Origin: Candidatus Methylomirabilota bacterium | GTDB lineage: Bacteria > Methylomirabilota > Methylomirabilia > Methylomirabilales > Methylomirabilaceae | Direction of reading: 5' to 3' | Assembly (NCBI GenBank): GCA_023249055.1 | Contig: JAHFDH010000002.1 | Span: 3,226 to 52,843 of the forward strand | Length of the DNA: 49,618 nt | Part shown: piece after piece, positions 46,784 to 49,618 of the stretch | Layout: every line of letters begins with the position of its first letter | How positions within the stretch are numbered: the first letter of the stretch is position 1 | Program-made: the position numbers and the translations under genes | Notes under the pieces: generated by a model | What the model saw: the letters and a program-made list of their open reading frames with translations, nothing else | The model's database searches: none | Told to the model about the DNA's origin: nothing

Positions 46784-47587
46784 TTATCGCGTGCCTGGGG
46801 TTCCGCGATAATACTGCGACGCCTCGGGGAGCCACGCTTCGATCTGCTCGATGCGGGTCGTTTCCGACGGGTGAGTCGAGAGGAACTCGGGAGGACGGTC
46901 ATGGCCTTTGGATGCCTCAGCCATACGGATCCACAGGTCGCGGGCTGCGCTGGGGTTGTAGCCCGCCTTGGCCATATAAATGAGTCCCAGATGGTCGGCC
47001 TCGGATTCCTGGGAGCGACTCCAGGGGAGCATCAGTCCCACAGCCGCACCGGCGCCCAGCAAGGCGCTCACCGACTGGACGGTCTTCGGATCGCCCTTGG
47101 AGAAGGCTGCCATGGTACCGGCCAGCCCCACCTGTACCAGTAGATTCTGGCTCATACGTTCGGCGCCGTGCCGTGCGACGGCATGGGCGACCTCATGCCC
47201 AAGGACTGCCGCCAAGCCTGACTCGTCTTTGGTGATGGGCAGGATGCCGGTATAGACCGCCACCTTGCCTCCGGGGAGCGCAAACGCATTCGCCTGTCGA
47301 TCCTCAATCACCACAAACTCCCACGGGAGGTCTGTCCGACCGGTAGCCGCCGCGATACGAGTCCCCACGCGCTTGACCAGGTCGTTGGCCGCAGGATCCG
47401 TCGAGAGTTTGGACTTCTGCACCACCTCCCGGTAGGATTGGATTCCCATCTGCATCTCATCCGCTTCCGAGAGCAACAGGAGTTGGGATCGGCCCGTGAT
47501 AGGAACAGTCTGACACGCAGTAAGGCCGACACACACGAGTACGGCAATACAGCAGCCGAACAGCCATTTCAACCGCAAGCAAGACAC
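46784..47587 (-). CDS. M48-family zinc metallopeptidase (lipoprotein)
   Basis: LTAC lipobox, [18 protein letters not shown] and LSTHP. Confidence 0.92.
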   Translation of the reverse strand: MSCLRLKWLFGCCIAVLVCVGLTACQTVPITGRSQLLLLSEADEMQMGIQSYREVVQKSKLSTDPAANDLVKRVGTRIAAATGRTDLPWEFVVIEDRQANAFALPGGKVAVYTGILPITKDESGLAAVLGHEVAHAVARHGAERMSQNLLVQVGLAGTMAAFSKGDPKTVQSVSALLGAGAAVGLMLPWSRSQESEADHLGLIYMAKAGYNPSAARDLWIRMAEASKGHDRPPEFLSTHPSETTRIEQIEAWLPEASQYYRGTPGTR

Positions 47588-47616
47588 ATCAGACCTGTAA
47601 TCTACCGACGCAAGGG

Positions 47617-48294
47617 TCAACAACTGCTCTTCGGGCTATTCAGGGCGTTCCGAAACCGGGCTATGGTGGCCGCGTAGTCCGGGGTCCCGAAGATGGCGGA
47701 GCCTGCCACAAAGGTGTCGGCTCCAGCCTCCGCAACGCGGCGGACATTCTCCACCTTTACGCCGCCGTCCACCTCCAGATCGATCGCCTTTCCGATCGCG
47801 TCAATGCGCCGACGAATGGCCGTAATCTTCGGCAGCACATAATCGATGAAGCTCTGACCACCGAAGCCGGGATTGACGCTCATCACCAGCACCAGATCCA
47901 GCCGCTCCAGCACATAGTCCAGCCAGGCAATGGGGCTCGCGGGGTTGAGGGAAACGCCTGCCCGACACCCCACACTCTTAATGAGCTGGACAGTACGATC
48001 GAGATGGCGGGTTGCCTCCGGATGGACCGTGATGATGTCGGCGCCGCTCTTCGCAAAGTCGGGGATGATGGCGTCGACGGGCTCGATCATCAGATGCACA
48101 TCCAGCGGCTTGCGGGTGTGGGGCCGGATGGCCGACACCACAAGCGGCCCAATCGTCAGGTTGGGCACGAAGTGATTGTCCATCACGTCCACATGGATGT
48201 AGTCGGCGCCGGCCGTCTCCGCGGCGCGAACCTCTTCACCCAGCCGGGCAAAGTCGGCAGACAGGATCGACGGGGCGATCTTATACGTCGTCAC
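47617..48294 (-). CDS. rpe: Ribulose-phosphate 3-epimerase
   Basis: [26 protein letters not shown] and VDGG. Confidence 0.97.
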   Translation of the reverse strand: MTTYKIAPSILSADFARLGEEVRAAETAGADYIHVDVMDNHFVPNLTIGPLVVSAIRPHTRKPLDVHLMIEPVDAIIPDFAKSGADIITVHPEATRHLDRTVQLIKSVGCRAGVSLNPASPIAWLDYVLERLDLVLVMSVNPGFGGQSFIDYVLPKITAIRRRIDAIGKAIDLEVDGGVKVENVRRVAEAGADTFVAGSAIFGTPDYAATIARFRNALNSPKSSC

Positions 48295-48297
48295 GGG

Positions 48298-49362
48298 CTA
48301 GTTGACGCGCGGGTCCAGTTCGCCCTTGGCGTACCGGCGGGCCATATCATCCAGAGAGATCAGACGGATCTTGCTCGCGTGGCCGGCGCTCCCCAACTGT
48401 TCATAGCGCTCTTTGCAGATCTGTCGCATCGCCTTGGTGGCCGCGATCAAAAACTTCCGCGGATCAAAGTTCTTCTTGTTCTGCGCCAGATCCCGTCGAA
48501 TAGCGCCGGTTGCCGCCAGACGCAGATCGGTGTCGATGTTCACCTTCCGTACGCCGTGCTTGATCCCGAGCTGGATCTCCTCGATCGGTACCCCGTAGGT
48601 TTGCGGCATGTCGCCGCCGAACTCCCTGATGATCTTCAGCCACTCCTGAGGCACGCTGGAGGAACCGTGCATGACCAGGTGGGTATCCGGGATGCGTGCA
48701 TGGATCTCTTTGACCCGCTCCATCACCAGGACATCGCCCTTCGGCTTCTGGGAAAATTTGTAGGCGCCGTGGCTGGTCCCGATGGCAATGGCCAGAGCAT
48801 CGACCTTGGTTGCTTTGACGAACCGGGCAGCCTGTTCGGGATCGGTCAGGAGTTGATCCCTGGACAGCGTCCCCTCGGCGCCGTGGCTGTCTTCCTTCTC
48901 ACCGGTACCGGTTTCGAGCGACCCCAGGCATCCGAGCTCTCCTTCCACCGATACGCCGATCGCGTGCGCCACCTCGGCAATATGAGCCGTTGTCGCAACG
49001 TTATACTCATACGACGACGGGGTTTTGCCGTCGGCCAGGAGCGAGCCGTCCATCATGACGCTGCTGAAACCTGAGCGGATGGAGGCGATGCAGACCGCTG
49101 GAGACGCGCCATGATCCTGGTGGACTACCACCGGGATGTCCGGATACATCTCCGACGCCGCCAGAAACAGATGGCGGAGGAACGGTTCACCGGCGTACTT
49201 GCGGGCGCCGGCGGAGGCCTGCATGATGACAGGACTGTCTACCTCTTGAGCCGCCTCCATGATGGCCTGAATCTGTTCCATGTTGTTCACGTTAAAGGCG
49301 GGAACGCCATATCCGCGCTCAGCGGCGTGATCGAGTAGCTGTCGCATCGAAACCAGTGCCAT
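48298..49362 (-). CDS. fba: Fructose-bisphosphate aldolase class II (CbbA subtype)
   Basis: [37 protein letters not shown] and KVNIDTD. Confidence 0.95.
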   Translation of the reverse strand: MALVSMRQLLDHAAERGYGVPAFNVNNMEQIQAIMEAAQEVDSPVIMQASAGARKYAGEPFLRHLFLAASEMYPDIPVVVHQDHGASPAVCIASIRSGFSSVMMDGSLLADGKTPSSYEYNVATTAHIAEVAHAIGVSVEGELGCLGSLETGTGEKEDSHGAEGTLSRDQLLTDPEQAARFVKATKVDALAIAIGTSHGAYKFSQKPKGDVLVMERVKEIHARIPDTHLVMHGSSSVPQEWLKIIREFGGDMPQTYGVPIEEIQLGIKHGVRKVNIDTDLRLAATGAIRRDLAQNKKNFDPRKFLIAATKAMRQICKERYEQLGSAGHASKIRLISLDDMARRYAKGELDPRVN

Positions 49363-49397
49363 GCCTTCCTCCTGTCTCTGTATGTCCTCTACCTGTT

Positions 49398-49618
49398 CTA
49401 CATCTCGTGACACAACTTGGCAGTCTTGAGTTCATTCGGGCCGTGCTCTGCCTGAATCGTGCGCCTGGTCCGGCTCTTGCCGCGCATGACGATCGAGTGA
49501 GTCGTCGAGCCGCTGTCCGCATATCGCACGCCTTGCATCAACAGGCCGTCCGTAATGCCGGTGGCTGCAAAAAACACATCATCGCTGGATACGAGATCGC
49601 GCTCGGTAAGCACCCGAT
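49398..49618 (-). CDS. glpX: Class II fructose-1,6-bisphosphatase, 3' end (partial)
   Basis: [18 protein letters not shown]...THSIVMR..S.T.R.I.AEH is the GlpX C-terminus. Confidence 0.9.
   Translation of the reverse strand, partial: RVLTERDLVSSDDVFFAATGITDGLLMQGVRYADSGSTTHSIVMRGKSRTRRTIQAEHGPNELKTAKLCHEM

Noticed and set aside
1-49618. CRISPR array, tRNA/rRNA (including tRNA-Sec), integrase or transposase
   Set aside because: No regularly spaced repeats, RNA-gene signatures or recombinase ORFs seen by eye; a tRNAscan/Infernal run would be needed to fully exclude RNA genes.

Overview
GC-rich bacterial window. The Calvin-cycle-type fba/rpe/glpX genes and general gene style suggest an NC10/Methylomirabilis-like organism, which is inference only. 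Bases ~170-30500 form an accessory island bracketed by two inward-facing paralogues of a secreted DUF11-type protein; the right copy is doubly frameshifted. Inside, a symmetric back-to-back sigma70 promoter (14828-14904) drives two operons. The leftward operon (14721->2509) encodes Cys/Arg-type alpha/beta-hydrolase pairs, a prolyl-carrier-protein dehydrogenase, a NitT/TauT ABC importer, a proline-type adenylation enzyme, two carrier proteins, an orphan secreted protein, a TlpA-like redoxin and a flavin-dependent halogenase. The rightward operon (15073->25901) encodes glycosyltransferases, three alkaline-phosphatase/sulfatase-superfamily enzymes, APS kinase and a B12 radical-SAM enzyme. Key observation: the ORF track breaks two genes of the leftward operon at in-frame TGA codons. 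These sit at Cys-type positions (redoxin W-U-Q-F-C; ABC binding protein GYLPVT-U-NLTLPVAC) and each is followed by a SECIS-like hairpin. This points to two probable selenoproteins inside a (halo)pyrrole-carbonyl biosynthesis/transfer cluster coupled to glycan modification. The rest of the window holds a GTAG-REP cluster, a type II secretion cluster lacking gspE, a YdbH/YdbL-like pair, acs, an M48 peptidase, rpe, fba and partial glpX.
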